Assembly (NCBI GenBank): GCA_965214935.1
Contig: CBDCCS010000003.1
Span: 64,001 to 128,000 of the forward strand
Origin: Candidatus Velthaea sp.
GTDB taxonomy: Bacteria; Vulcanimicrobiota; Vulcanimicrobiia; Vulcanimicrobiales; Vulcanimicrobiaceae
Reading direction: 5' to 3'
Length of the DNA stretch: 64,000 nt
Positions 10,201 through 21,065 of this stretch are shown one piece after another. The notes beneath the pieces were generated by a model. The model ran no database searches, was not told the DNA's origin, and was given only the letters and a program-made list of their open reading frames with translations. How positions within the stretch are numbered: position 1 is the first letter of the stretch; the number at the start of each line of letters is the position of its first letter. A program made the translations under genes and the position numbers.

Positions 10201-11784
10201 CTATTCTGCAGCAACTTGGGCGGCCTGCCCCGGACGCTTGAGAAGAAGCACGAGTGGTGCCAGCGCCCATGTCACCAGCGCGCTGTCACGATTGATTTCC
10301 GCATAACCGAGAACCACCGCTTGGGTCGAGACGATCTGCGAAAGTGCGCTTCGGGCACCGTTCGATAATACGCCGCCGCGCTGATCGAGAAACGCAACGA
10401 CCGGTGTCCGCTCGAGCGTGATGTCGGCTGCGAGCCGCGTTTGATGAACGGCCGTTGCGCGCTCGAGTAAAACAATGAGTAACGCGGTTGCAAGGCTGCC
10501 GCCGAGTTGACGCGCGAGATTGAACATCGCGGAAGCCTTCGGTACCTCGGGCGGCGTAACGCTGCCGAACACCACGAGTGACAGTGGCACGAACACCTGC
10601 GAAAGTCCAATTCCCGACAGAACGAGCGCGCCGAAGAACGTCCAGAAATCGGAAATGAACGTCGTTACGCCGGCCAGCAGCCAATTCGACGCGCCGATTA
10701 AGACAAAGCCGATGCCGATTTGCCAGCGCGGATCGACCAGGCCGGTCGCCGCGAGCCGAGCGGCAAGCGGCGTAAGCAGCATCACCGGTAGTGCCCGAAA
10801 CAAAATGAGCGCACCGGAAACCGTCGCGGTAAAACCGAGCGACCCTTGCGTGTATTGCGGCAACGTGACGAGCGTGCCGAGTAGCGTGATTCCCAATGCC
10901 AAGCCGAGAGCGCTGCCCGCCCACACCGTCCGATGCCGCAGGATCGTCAGATCGACAACCGGTCGACGCGAAATAAACAGTTCCCAAATGATGAACGTCA
11001 TGAGACCCAGGCCGGCAGTGAAGCTGAGTCGCACGATCGTCGGGTCGCCGAACCAGTCTTTCTCTTGGCCCTGATCGAGAACGAATTGCAAGCTGCCCAG
11101 GCCGATGGCGAGCAATGCGAGTCCGACGCCGTCTAGCGGCAGGCGTTCAGGCGCTTCCGGATTCCGTAAGAAGACGATGGTTAAAAATGCAGCCACGATT
11201 CCGATCGGCACGTTGACGAAGAAGCACCATTGCCATGATGCGTTATCGACGATGATACCGCCGAGCAATGGTCCGATGGTCGGACCGACGATCGCGCCGA
11301 GGGCGAAGATCGACTGCGCTGCACCTTGCTGATCGGCCGGAAACGTTTCGCGTAGAATCGCCTGTGCTTGCGAAAGAAGTCCACCGCCGCCCGCGCCCTG
11401 CACGACGCGCCAGACCACCAGTGAAACGAGGTCGTGCGAAAGCCCGCACATGATCGAGGCAACGGTGAAAAGAATGATCGATGCAGCGAAGTATTGTTTA
11501 CGACCGAATCGTCGCTGCAGCCATGGTGACAGCGGGATGACGACGACGTTCGCAACGATGTAGCCCGTGACGATGAAGGTGCCTTCGTCTTGTGACGCAC
11601 CGACATTGCCTTGTATGTCCGGCAGCGCTACATTGACGATCGTCGTATCGACGATTTCGAGCAGCGCGCCGAAGACGACGGCCACGACAACGGCCACACG
11701 CCGCAAACCGTATTCGATCACGTCCGCGCGCTGTTTGGGCGGCGGTTGCGCTGGGCCGGCCTGGCGATGTGTCGAACTCGTCAC
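10201..11784 (-). CDS. DHA2 family (EmrB/QacA) MFS efflux transporter
   Basis: LLEIVDTTIVNVALPDI, WRVVQGAGGG, GPTIGPLLGG, WCFFVNVPIG; many TM segments. Confidence 0.92.
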   Translation of the reverse strand: MTSSTHRQAGPAQPPPKQRADVIEYGLRRVAVVVAVVFGALLEIVDTTIVNVALPDIQGNVGASQDEGTFIVTGYIVANVVVIPLSPWLQRRFGRKQYFAASIILFTVASIMCGLSHDLVSLVVWRVVQGAGGGGLLSQAQAILRETFPADQQGAAQSIFALGAIVGPTIGPLLGGIIVDNASWQWCFFVNVPIGIVAAFLTIVFLRNPEAPERLPLDGVGLALLAIGLGSLQFVLDQGQEKDWFGDPTIVRLSFTAGLGLMTFIIWELFISRRPVVDLTILRHRTVWAGSALGLALGITLLGTLVTLPQYTQGSLGFTATVSGALILFRALPVMLLTPLAARLAATGLVDPRWQIGIGFVLIGASNWLLAGVTTFISDFWTFFGALVLSGIGLSQVFVPLSLVVFGSVTPPEVPKASAMFNLARQLGGSLATALLIVLLERATAVHQTRLAADITLERTPVVAFLDQRGGVLSNGARSALSQIVSTQAVVLGYAEINRDSALVTWALAPLVLLLKRPGQAAQVAAE

Positions 11785-11805
11785 GATGCTGACATACTAC
11801 CAGAT

Positions 11806-12283
11806 TTGATAAGCGCAGGTTGCTGTATCGTCGGCGGCGGTGCGGCCGGGATCATTGCCCGTTACCTGCTCGCGCGCGGGCGTCGACACGCTCCATCCGT
11901 CGACCCTGCGAATCATCGATGACTCGGCGAACGCTTGCACCATTCCTCGCCGATCGCACCGACGAATGCTGACATGGGATGACGTCAGTCTGCCGACCGT
12001 TGAACTCGATCGCCTCCGCACGTGGTATCGCGCCGGGTTACCATGCATCGGCGATGCTGCGCATCAGCTTGCCGGGCCGTTAGTATCCGGTATTCCATCG
12101 AGCCGGCAACTCGGCGCCGTACAACGCCGGCGCGCGTTGCCTGCCCGGCTTGTCGCTGCCGGCCAAACGATCGGTCACAAACGGCTTCTCCGGCCGCTAT
12201 CGGCAAAGCGGAGCGCCGTGCGTCGGCCGCCGATCTTGCGCCTGCTATCGCTTTTTCCGTGGTTGCAGCGCATTCCGGCGTAG
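11806..12283 (+). pseudogene. FAD-dependent monooxygenase/oxidoreductase remnant with internal deletions
   Basis: CCIVGGGAAG...LLAR, then shifted frame AGVD-TLHPSTL, WDDV...DRLRTWYRAGLPCIGDAAH, C-terminal AVQRRR..P; only ~160 codons. Confidence 0.75.
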
Positions 12284-12286
12284 CGC

Positions 12287-13534
12287 TCACAAGCCCTCGA
12301 AACCCATCTGCCGGCGACCCAGAGCGGTCAAGTCGGTCTCCGAAGCGCGCCCGCTGAAATCCAGCTCGTAATCCTCGCGCGCGAAATCCGGTGAACTTTC
12401 ACCCCGTAAGAAGGCGGTTTTCTGCATTTTGAGATTCGACCGGTTTTTCTCACAATACGGCGCCGAACTTATATACATGACGTTGCTGAACTTTGCGCCG
12501 CGGTGAACGTCTTCAACGGCGTGGATGAGATCGGGGTGCCACCAAACCGTGTCACCCGGATAGACTCGCGGAATCGACACGACGGCCGGCAGCAGCGGTG
12601 CGTGCCAGCGTTGGGAAATGCCCAGCGCGCGTCCGGGCGCGGCACCGCACAGCGAATCAATCGGCACATCATCGCACAGCGCTCGCAATAAGAGAAAAAC
12701 AATCGCGTTCGGCAGTGGTAACACGCGTAGCGTCCCGTCGCCGGGCCCCTGCTCGGTCAGCGCCGTCCAGCCTTGATACGTGCGAAACATGCGGCAAACC
12801 GCAGGCGACGGAATTTCTCGCACGTCCGGCCGGTATGCAGCATCAAATGGATCGTAGTTGCGCCAATCCGCGGAAAAAACGTCGCCATAGACGCGATTGA
12901 ACGCCGGATCGAGCCAGCGTTCGACCGAACCGCCATCCGTGTGCGGCGATAATCCGAGCGTCGTGTCGCCCGGCTCGCGCCGGCGAATGCGGTCGGCATA
13001 CGTACAGAGCCGATTCGGGTCGATATCAGCCGGCGCGCCGCGGCGAAAATGCCACAATCCGTTGAGCCATAGCCGAGCGTTGGTCAACGCTTCGGACTGA
13101 CGGGCCGCAACTTGCGGCGGCGACCAGTAAATTCCGTAAATCTGCGGGCGTTTGCTTTCGAGCTGATCGAAGTAATTGTCGAGCCCGGCTCGCTGCTGCG
13201 CCTTGTGCGCATAGTCGTTGCGCGCCAGATACTCCGCCAACTCGTCGTTCCACGCCGCAACCTGGTCGCGGGCGAAAACATTGCGGATGACGGCGCAGCC
13301 GCGCATCCGTACGGCACGTTCGACGGCGCCGTCTACCGTGCCGGCGGCGATCGAGGCGTACGTGATTTCGGGAACGATTTGCTCGCCCTGCGCGTCGCGT
13401 TCGCCGATTTCAAAAGCTAACTGCGCAAACTCAGCCTCGACCTCGGCAAAGACATGTGCAACATCGAAAGACGCTCGCAGCCGCGTTTTCAACTTAACGA
13501 TCTGTGCTGCGCGTTCGATCTCGTCGAGTGCCAT
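12287..13534 (-). CDS. DUF1479 / YbiU family protein (Fe/2OG-oxygenase-like fold)
   Basis: PQIYGIYWSPPQ, YADRIRRREPG, LSPHTDGGSVERW, FRTYQGWTAL, WWHPDLIHAVE. Start may extend to 13585. Confidence 0.85.
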   Translation of the reverse strand: MALDEIERAAQIVKLKTRLRASFDVAHVFAEVEAEFAQLAFEIGERDAQGEQIVPEITYASIAAGTVDGAVERAVRMRGCAVIRNVFARDQVAAWNDELAEYLARNDYAHKAQQRAGLDNYFDQLESKRPQIYGIYWSPPQVAARQSEALTNARLWLNGLWHFRRGAPADIDPNRLCTYADRIRRREPGDTTLGLSPHTDGGSVERWLDPAFNRVYGDVFSADWRNYDPFDAAYRPDVREIPSPAVCRMFRTYQGWTALTEQGPGDGTLRVLPLPNAIVFLLLRALCDDVPIDSLCGAAPGRALGISQRWHAPLLPAVVSIPRVYPGDTVWWHPDLIHAVEDVHRGAKFSNVMYISSAPYCEKNRSNLKMQKTAFLRGESSPDFAREDYELDFSGRASETDLTALGRRQMGFEGL

Positions 13535-13838
13535 TGATGACCCGCTTAAATAGCTTTGCTTGCGGTCCGCACGCGATTGTCCCATTTCTGCATCGTTGTT
13601 GTATTCGCTTCCGGCAGCTAACGTTTGCGCCGAACACGGCTCGGTTATCGCGCAGGGTGCTTACCCGGAGACCGCTAACTTAGACGGCGGGCACTGAACC
13701 GTCGAGCGGAGTCATCATGTTTGCAAGCGCGCCTGTACTCGGCATCGCTATGGGAACACGTTTCATTACGTTTGTCGTTCGCGATGTGCGTTGCGCCGTC
13801 GTCGCCGAAGATGCACGCGCAATAAACGCCGTGGCTTT

Positions 13839-14870
13839 TTGAACGTCATGATCGCCGGTCCGCTCGAGTCGGTGCTAGCCGATCGAATACGTTCGCTTGC
13901 GGTCGTCGGCGAACTCTTGTATGACGAAGCGCTTTTGCCCAAGCCGCGTTATATTAACGATCATGCCGGCGTGCCGTTCGTGCGTGACGCCGCCGCCGAG
14001 TCACGCTGGAATGCCATGCTCGAACGTGCGGACGTGCTGTTCGGGTATCCCGGTGACTCCGGCGCCGGGCTGGCTGCGGCGCTTGCGCGTGCACCGCACG
14101 TGCGTTTCGTTCAAGGCACTGCGGCGGGTGCCGGCGGACATGTGAAAGCCGCGGCGCTCAGCGCCGACGTGCTACAACGCGTTCGCTTTTGTACCGCAGC
14201 GGGTGCACACGGCGGCATGCTGGCCGAATTTGCGTTCTATGGTTTGCTCGCGTTGCGCAAAGACGCACGCCGTTTGCAACGGTTGCGCGACGAGCGAAGC
14301 TGGGAGCACTTTGCAATGGGCGAACTCGACGGCTCGCGCATCTCAATCGTCGGAATGGGCCAGATAGGTTGCGCCGTTGCACTGCGCGCACGTGCCTTCG
14401 GCATGCACGTCATTGCCGTTAATCGCACGGGCGAGGTACACGCGCTCGGCGATGAGACGGTTGCCGCGGCGTCGCTAAGCGACATCCTTCCGTCCAGCGA
14501 TGCCGTCGTCGTCACCTTGCCATTAACCGACAAGACGCAGCATCTCATCGATGCAAAGGCGATCGCGGCGCTACCCGCGCACGGCATCCTCATCAATGTC
14601 GGCCGCGGTCCGGTCGTCGATAACGACGCGCTCGTGGCAGCGCTCGAACAGAACCGGATCGCCGGTGCGGTACTCGACGTCTTCGATCCCGAGCCGCTGC
14701 CGCCGGACAATCCGCTGTGGACGCTGCCGAACGTCATTTTTGCTCCGCATACCGCCGCACTCTCGGTGCATGAGAATCAGCGCATCGTCGACATCTTCTG
14801 CGACAATCTGCAGCGTCTAGCGGCGGATAGGCCGCTGCGAAATGTGGTGAACCTTGCCGAATTTTACTAG
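13839..14870 (+). CDS. D-2-hydroxyacid dehydrogenase
   Basis: IVGMGQIG, INVGRG, LDVFDPEPL, PHTAA; exact start uncertain. Confidence 0.9.
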   Translation: MNVMIAGPLESVLADRIRSLAVVGELLYDEALLPKPRYINDHAGVPFVRDAAAESRWNAMLERADVLFGYPGDSGAGLAAALARAPHVRFVQGTAAGAGGHVKAAALSADVLQRVRFCTAAGAHGGMLAEFAFYGLLALRKDARRLQRLRDERSWEHFAMGELDGSRISIVGMGQIGCAVALRARAFGMHVIAVNRTGEVHALGDETVAAASLSDILPSSDAVVVTLPLTDKTQHLIDAKAIAALPAHGILINVGRGPVVDNDALVAALEQNRIAGAVLDVFDPEPLPPDNPLWTLPNVIFAPHTAALSVHENQRIVDIFCDNLQRLAADRPLRNVVNLAEFY

Positions 14871-14885
14871 AACGCGCGGTGGAGA

Positions 14886-15689
14886 ATGCTGAGCTTGGAT
14901 GATCGGATCGACGTCCGCGGACAGGCTGCCATCGTTACCGGTGCCGCGCGTGGAATCGGTCGCGCGATCGCTTTGCGTCTTGCGCGCGACGGCATGCACG
15001 TAACGATCGCGGACCTCGATGAACCCGGCGCCCAAGCTGTTGCCCGCGAAGCCGCCGGCGGCGGTTTGGAGATGCTGGCATTGCGCGTCGACATCGCGCA
15101 AGCCGACGACCGCGAGCGCATGATCGATCGCACGCGATCGGCATTCGGACGCTTCGACGTGCTGGTCAACAACGCCGGAATCCAGATCATCAGCGATCCG
15201 TTATCCGTCGACGAGCGGCATTGGGATCGCATGATGGACATCAACGCTAAAGGCACCTGGTTCGCCTGTCAGAGCGCGATCCGCATCTTGTTGGAAACGC
15301 AGACCCGGGGACGAATCGTCAACCTTGCGTCGATTGCCGGTAAGATGGCGAGCACCGTGCTGCATCCGGCATATAATGTCAGTAAAGCTGCGGTTTTAGC
15401 GATGACGAAGACGTTCGCCGCGGCGTACGCAGCGAACGGTATTCGCGTCAACGCCGTCTGTCCGGGCGTTATTCAAACCGAGATGCAAGACGCCGTCGAT
15501 GCACGCTTTGCGGAGTTGCAGGCCCGTACGCCGCAAGCCGTCCGTTCCGACCGGCTCGGCCGCATCCCGCTCGGCTATGCCGGCGAGCCGGATGCCGTTG
15601 CCGCAGTCGTTTCTTTCCTCGTCGGTAACGACGGGCGCTATCTCACGGGTCAAGCCATCAACGTTGACGGCGGTATCGTCACGTACTAG
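14886..15689 (+). CDS. SDR family (sugar/polyol) dehydrogenase
   Basis: TGAARGIG, NNAG, YNVSK, NAVCPG, TGQAINVDGG. Confidence 0.9.
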   Translation: MLSLDDRIDVRGQAAIVTGAARGIGRAIALRLARDGMHVTIADLDEPGAQAVAREAAGGGLEMLALRVDIAQADDRERMIDRTRSAFGRFDVLVNNAGIQIISDPLSVDERHWDRMMDINAKGTWFACQSAIRILLETQTRGRIVNLASIAGKMASTVLHPAYNVSKAAVLAMTKTFAAAYAANGIRVNAVCPGVIQTEMQDAVDARFAELQARTPQAVRSDRLGRIPLGYAGEPDAVAAVVSFLVGNDGRYLTGQAINVDGGIVTY

Positions 15690-15729
15690 TAGCGATCGAC
15701 ACCAGCGCGAAGCCCGACGGAAGGTCGTT

Positions 15730-17229
15730 ATGTCCGACGCCACACCACTGCTCGACGTTGCCGGAGTTTCTAAGCAGCTCGGTGGAACGCGTGCGCTCTC
15801 CAACGTCGATTTTACCGTGCAGCGCGGCGAAATTCACGCGCTGCTCGGCGGTAACGGGGCCGGCAAATCGACGCTTATCAAGACGTTAGCCGGAATCCAC
15901 CGGCCCGACACCGGGACGATCTCGCTTAACGGCAGCGTCATCGATACCAGCGCCGATCAACCGGCGATTAGTTTCATTCATCAAGACCTCGGCCTGATCG
16001 ATGAAATGACGATCGGTGAGAATATCGGTCTGGTGCGCGGCTATCCGCGGCGGTCGGGCGTCATCGATTGGCGTGCGCTGCGCGAGCGTGCACGGCGCGC
16101 TCTCGATCTTGTCGGCAGCACGCTCGATCCGGAACAAAACGTCGCGCAATTACGCGCGACCGATAAGTCGATGGTCGCCATCGCGCGCGCGTTAGCGGGC
16201 GATGCGCAGCTACTCGTCTTAGACGAACCGACGGCGAGTTTGCCCGAGGCCGACGTTGCGCGCCTCTTCGACGTCTTGCATCGGCTGCGCAAACGCGGCG
16301 TCGGCATGATCTATGTCAGCCATCGGCTCGATGAAGTTTTTCGTATAGCCGATCGGGTCACCGTGTTGCGCGACGGCAAGAAAGTTGCGACGCGCCGGCT
16401 GAGCGAGACGACGCCTAAAGAATTAGTGCTCATGATCGTCGGCCGTCCGCCCGCCGATGTGTTCGTTAAACCGCTGCATCCCGAAGCGCAAACGGTGCTT
16501 GACATCGTCGATCTCGAAGTCGCGGGGATCGGGCCGATCACATTTTCCGTACGGGCCGGCGAGATGGTCGGGTTGACGGGTTTGCGCGGTGCCGGGCAAG
16601 ATGAGATCGGGCGAGCGATCGCCGGCATCATCCCGACACGCAGCGGCACGATCCGGCTGCATGGGCGTGACATTCGTCCGACGTCGCCGGCTGCCGCGAT
16701 CGAGCTTGGCATCGGTTTCGTTTCGAGCAAACGTCAAGACGAGAGCCTTGCGGTCGGCTTGTGCGTTCAAGAGAACTTATTTCTCAACCCGGCCGCCGCC
16801 GGCCGCCGGATGTTTCGCGTGCAATCACGCCGGCGCGAACGCGCAGCAGCGGCCGCGATGTGCGAGCGTTTCGACGTACGGCCGCGCGATCCCGAGCGCG
16901 TGGTCAGCACGTTATCGGGCGGCAATCAGCAAAAGGTCGTGATCGCCCGAACGGTCGCCATCGGCCGCGCGCTGCTCGTGCTCGAAGAACCGACGCAGGG
17001 CGTCGATGTGGGTGCGAAGGCCGACATCTACGCGACGCTCGCAGCGGCGCTCACACGCGAGTCGGGACTCGGCATCGTTCTTGTCTCGAGCGATTTGGAA
17101 GAGATTGCGGGCGTTTGTAATCGCGCGCTTATTTTTCGCTACGGCAAAATCGTGGACGAGGTCGGTGGCAGCTCGATGACGCTGGGTTCGCTTACCGCGC
17201 TCGTCACGGGCGCCGGGAGGGTCGCGTGA
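15730..17229 (+). CDS. Sugar ABC transporter ATP-binding protein (two NBDs, RbsA-like)
   Basis: GGNGAGKST, LDEPT, SHRLDE, LSGGNQQK; ATG 15730 after AAGG. Confidence 0.93.
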   Translation: MSDATPLLDVAGVSKQLGGTRALSNVDFTVQRGEIHALLGGNGAGKSTLIKTLAGIHRPDTGTISLNGSVIDTSADQPAISFIHQDLGLIDEMTIGENIGLVRGYPRRSGVIDWRALRERARRALDLVGSTLDPEQNVAQLRATDKSMVAIARALAGDAQLLVLDEPTASLPEADVARLFDVLHRLRKRGVGMIYVSHRLDEVFRIADRVTVLRDGKKVATRRLSETTPKELVLMIVGRPPADVFVKPLHPEAQTVLDIVDLEVAGIGPITFSVRAGEMVGLTGLRGAGQDEIGRAIAGIIPTRSGTIRLHGRDIRPTSPAAAIELGIGFVSSKRQDESLAVGLCVQENLFLNPAAAGRRMFRVQSRRRERAAAAAMCERFDVRPRDPERVVSTLSGGNQQKVVIARTVAIGRALLVLEEPTQGVDVGAKADIYATLAAALTRESGLGIVLVSSDLEEIAGVCNRALIFRYGKIVDEVGGSSMTLGSLTALVTGAGRVA

Positions 17230-18257
17230 ATCGCACCGGCTCGACCGTCTCGCGTTTGCTTGCGACGCAGGGGCTGCTGCTCCTCACGATCGCCCTCGTC
17301 ATAGTTTTTTCGATCGTCCTGCCCAACACGTTTCCGACGTTGCTCACCGCGCAATCGATTCTCTCGGACCGTTCGACGATCGCATTTTTGGCACTCGCCG
17401 AAATGATCGTCATCTCGGCCGGACAATTTGATTTGTCGGTCGGGTACGGTATCGGTGTCGCGCACATTCTCGCCGTCGGATTACAAGTGAAAGCCGGCGT
17501 TCCGTGGCCGCTTGCAATTCTCGCGGTTGTCGTGCTGGGCGCGTTGATCGGTTTGGTTAACGGTCTGCTCGTGCGTTTCGCCAAGATCGATTCATTTATC
17601 GCGACGCTCGGCGTCGGCACGATACTGTATGCGGTCTCCGAGTGGTATACCGGCGGCCAGCAGATCAGCGGTACGCTGGCCGCCGCGTTCATCGCGATCA
17701 ACGGCGCAGCCCCGCTGGGAATACCGGTGCCGGCGCTCTACGTGCTTGCGCTGGCCGTTATCATGTGGATCGCTTTCGAGTATTTGCCGATCGGGCGCTA
17801 TCTGTACGCGATCGGCTCGAACGAACGCGCGGCGGAGCTCATCGGCATTCCGATCACGCGGTATGTCGTCGGCGCGTTTGTCGCATCCGGCGTCATTACC
17901 GCAATCGCCGGCATCGTGCTGGGCGCCAAAGTACAAGTCGGTCAAAGCAACATCGGCCCGGAGTATCTGCTGCCGGCGTTTGTGGGCGCACTGCTCGGCT
18001 CGACCTCGGTGCGTCCCGGCCGCGTCAACGTGTGGGGCACCATCATTGCGGTATTAATTTTGGCGGTCGGCATCAGCGGCATTCAGCAAATGGGTGCGTC
18101 TTTTTTTATCGAGCCGCTTTTCAACGGAGCAACGCTCATCGTGGCCGTCGGCCTCGCCGGCTACTTCGCCCGCCGCCGTCTGCGTCTGGCCGTCGCCATA
18201 CCCGAAACACCGCGACCGATCACCGGCGAGACACCGAACTCGCACTCACCCGCATAA
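17226..18257 (+). CDS. Sugar ABC transporter permease (RbsC-like)
   Basis: FDLSVG, IDSFIATLG, GRYLYAIGSNERAAELIGI. Confidence 0.93.
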   Translation: MNRTGSTVSRLLATQGLLLLTIALVIVFSIVLPNTFPTLLTAQSILSDRSTIAFLALAEMIVISAGQFDLSVGYGIGVAHILAVGLQVKAGVPWPLAILAVVVLGALIGLVNGLLVRFAKIDSFIATLGVGTILYAVSEWYTGGQQISGTLAAAFIAINGAAPLGIPVPALYVLALAVIMWIAFEYLPIGRYLYAIGSNERAAELIGIPITRYVVGAFVASGVITAIAGIVLGAKVQVGQSNIGPEYLLPAFVGALLGSTSVRPGRVNVWGTIIAVLILAVGISGIQQMGASFFIEPLFNGATLIVAVGLAGYFARRRLRLAVAIPETPRPITGETPNSHSPA

Positions 18258-18270
18258 GGAGACCTGCTTC

Positions 18271-19329
18271 ATGAAACCTTACCGCATCGCCGTCAGCCTG
18301 GTGGCTGCCGCAGCCGTGCTTGTGACCGGGATGACCGGCACGCAAGCTTCGAGCTGGGATGGCCCGACGACGGGTCCCAAAGCGCAGTCCGGCAAGTTCA
18401 TCATCTACGTTTCGACCGATCAGAAAAACGGCGGCGCATTGGGCGCGAGCAACGGCGTCATGGAAGCGGCCAAAGCGATCGGCTGGCGGGCGCAAATCGT
18501 TGACGGCCAAGGCACCGTATCGGGCGAAATCACCGCGATGGGTCAGGCAATCGCGCTCAAGCCCGACGGTATCATCTTAGGCGGCATCGACGCGGTTAGC
18601 CAAAAGGCTGCGATCGATCGTGCCAACGCGAACGGTATCAAAGTCATCGGCTGGCATGCCGGTCCGCAACCCGGGCCGTTCAGCGAACCAAAAGTCGTCA
18701 CCAACGTTTCAACGAATCCCGACGACGTCGCGACTGCGACGGCAAAATACGCGATCGAACAGACGCACGGAGCAGCCAACGTCGTCATCTTTACCGACTC
18801 GGAATACGCGCTCGCGGTCCATAAAGCCAAAGTGATGCAGCAAACCATCTTAGCTTGCAAGGGCTGCGCGGTGCTGCAATACGTCGATTCACCGATCGGT
18901 GAAGCATCGCAACGGATGCCGCAGCTTGCCGTGTCGCTCAAGCAGCGGTACGGCGCGAAGATGAACTGGATGCTTGCTATCAACGATGCCTATTTCGACT
19001 TTGCCGCGCCGGCGCTGCGGTCTGCCGGTGTTGCCGCCGACGGCCCGCCGAAGTTTGCGTCGGCCGGTGACGGCAGCGTTTCGGCCTATCAGCGCATCCG
19101 CGACGGACAGTATCAGTTCGCGACCGTTCCCGAACCGCTCAATCTGCAAGGCTGGCAGGCCGTCGACGAAGTCAATCGCGCATTAGCCGGTGCGCCGCCC
19201 AGCGGCTACGTTACCAAAGCCCACGTTATCACCAAAGCCAACATCGGCGTCGACGGCGGACCGAATAATATCTACGATCCGGAGAACGGCTATCGCGACC
19301 ACTACAAAGCAATTTGGGGCGTGAAATAA
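18271..19329 (+). CDS. Sugar ABC transporter substrate-binding protein
   Basis: AAGGAG RBS, signal peptide, periplasmic-binding-protein type I features (GW...IVDGQG, AINDAY, AGDG). Confidence 0.9.
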   Translation: MKPYRIAVSLVAAAAVLVTGMTGTQASSWDGPTTGPKAQSGKFIIYVSTDQKNGGALGASNGVMEAAKAIGWRAQIVDGQGTVSGEITAMGQAIALKPDGIILGGIDAVSQKAAIDRANANGIKVIGWHAGPQPGPFSEPKVVTNVSTNPDDVATATAKYAIEQTHGAANVVIFTDSEYALAVHKAKVMQQTILACKGCAVLQYVDSPIGEASQRMPQLAVSLKQRYGAKMNWMLAINDAYFDFAAPALRSAGVAADGPPKFASAGDGSVSAYQRIRDGQYQFATVPEPLNLQGWQAVDEVNRALAGAPPSGYVTKAHVITKANIGVDGGPNNIYDPENGYRDHYKAIWGVK

Positions 19330-19337
19330 GCGCTTCG

Positions 19338-20093
19338 ATGCGCGAGCCGTCGGAAAAAATCGCGCTCGTTACCGGCGCCGGAAGCGGCATCGGCAAGTGC
19401 GCGGCGCTCGCACTCGTCGACGCGGGGTTCCAAACGGTCCTCGTCGGGCGGCGTATCGAACTATTGGAGACGACCGCTGCGGCTGCCGCCGCGGGCCGCA
19501 CGCACGTCGTTGCCGCGGACGTCGCCGATCCGCACGCGGTTCAGGCGCTTTTCGCGACGTTAAGCGAACGGTTCGGCCGGCTCGACGTGCTCTTCAACAA
19601 CGCCGGCGTTTCGACGCCGGCGGTTCCGTTCGACGAACTGACGATCGAACAGTGGAACGGGGTTGTGGCCGTCAATCTTACCGGCACGTTCCTGTGCGCC
19701 CAGGCCGCCTTCCGGCAGATGAAAGCGCAACAACCGCGCGGCGGACGCATTATCAACAACGGGTCGATCTCCGCTCAGGCACCGCGGCCCAACTCGGCAC
19801 CGTACACCGCGACAAAACATGCTGTGAGCGGCTTAACGAAGGCGCTTTCGCTCGACGGGCGCGCGTACGATATTGCGTGTTCGCAAATCGACATCGGCAA
19901 CGCGGGCACCACGATGGCGTCGCACATGTCGGCCGGCGCGATGCAGGCGAACGGCACGATCGCACCCGAGCCGCTTATGGACGTCAATGACGTCGCACGC
20001 GCAGTCGTGTTCATGGCGACGTTGCCGCTGGAATCGAACGTTCAATTCATGACCTTAATGGCAACCAAGATGCCGTTTGTCGGTCGCGGTTAG
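19338..20093 (+). CDS. SDR family oxidoreductase
   Basis: [39 protein letters not shown]. Confidence 0.9.
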   Translation: MREPSEKIALVTGAGSGIGKCAALALVDAGFQTVLVGRRIELLETTAAAAAAGRTHVVAADVADPHAVQALFATLSERFGRLDVLFNNAGVSTPAVPFDELTIEQWNGVVAVNLTGTFLCAQAAFRQMKAQQPRGGRIINNGSISAQAPRPNSAPYTATKHAVSGLTKALSLDGRAYDIACSQIDIGNAGTTMASHMSAGAMQANGTIAPEPLMDVNDVARAVVFMATLPLESNVQFMTLMATKMPFVGRG

Positions 20094-20128
20094 CCGATGT
20101 CCGGTCAGTCGCTTACGGCGGGCGCCCG

Positions 20129-20890
20129 ATGATACTCGACGACTTTCGGCTGGACGGCCGCGTGGCGACGGTGACCGGCGCCAATCGCGGTCTCGGCCTA
20201 GGCATCGCCGCTGCCCTCGCGCAGGCCGGCGCCGATGTTGTTTCCGTGCAGCGCACGCACGATGCGGAGGCCGTCCGCGCCGTCGTCGAAGCGGCGGGAC
20301 GCCGTTTTCTTGCCGTCGTGACCGACGTCGGCGCGCCGGATGCTGCGACGCGCGCACTCGAAGCAACGCTCGCGACGTTCGGGCAAGCGAACATTCTGGT
20401 CAACAACGCCGGCGTGCAGCGCCGATCGCCCGCCGAGAGTTTCCCGGCTGCAGATTGGGACGACGTCATCGACGTCAATCTCAACGCGGTATTTCGCTTC
20501 GCGCAGTGTTACGGCCGGCATATGCTTGCGCACGGCGGCGGAAAAATCGTCAATATCGCTTCGGTCATCGCGCTGCAAGGCGGATACACGATCGCCGCGT
20601 ATGCCGCCGCAAAGCATGGTGTTGCGGGCATCACGCAAGCCTTGTGCAATGAATGGGCGGCGCGCGGCATCAACGTCAACGCAGTCGCGCCCGGTTACAT
20701 GGCCACGGAGATGAACGTGGCGCTCATTGCCGACCCGGTGCGCAGCACGCAAATCGGCAGTCGTATTCCCGCCGGCCGGTGGGGCGAACCCTCGGATATC
20801 GGCGGCGCCGTCGTCTTCCTTGCTTCGCACGCCGCGGCGTACGTTCACGGACAGATGCTTGCCGTCGACGGCGGCTGGCTCGCGCGTTAG
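20129..20890 (+). CDS. kduD: KduD-like 2-dehydro-3-deoxy-D-gluconate 5-dehydrogenase (SDR)
   Basis: F.LDGRVA.VTGANRGLG.GIA.ALAQAGAD, NEWAARGINVNAVAPGYMAT, RIPAGRWG, LAVDGGWLAR. Confidence 0.75.
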   Translation: MILDDFRLDGRVATVTGANRGLGLGIAAALAQAGADVVSVQRTHDAEAVRAVVEAAGRRFLAVVTDVGAPDAATRALEATLATFGQANILVNNAGVQRRSPAESFPAADWDDVIDVNLNAVFRFAQCYGRHMLAHGGGKIVNIASVIALQGGYTIAAYAAAKHGVAGITQALCNEWAARGINVNAVAPGYMATEMNVALIADPVRSTQIGSRIPAGRWGEPSDIGGAVVFLASHAAAYVHGQMLAVDGGWLAR

Positions 20891-21065
20891 CGTCAAGCGC
20901 ATCGCGCACCCTCGATTCTTCAATTGAGCAAGAATCAGATTCAGATTATTGTTGCAATGGCCGTAATGCGAAGGCGGCCTTCTGTGCGACCGCTGCACGT
21001 GCAAGGTTCAACCGGGCAACGCCCTCGGTACCTTGGTGCTTGTCCTGAGGAAGTACACTGAACTC

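Noticed and set aside
13655..13790. Possible riboswitch-like hairpin (ccgct/agcgg, gacgg/ccgtc) and a ROK-like peptide VLGIAMGTRFITFVV
   Set aside because: Does not match the SAM, TPP, FMN or other consensus I know; the peptide is too short to support a pseudogene call
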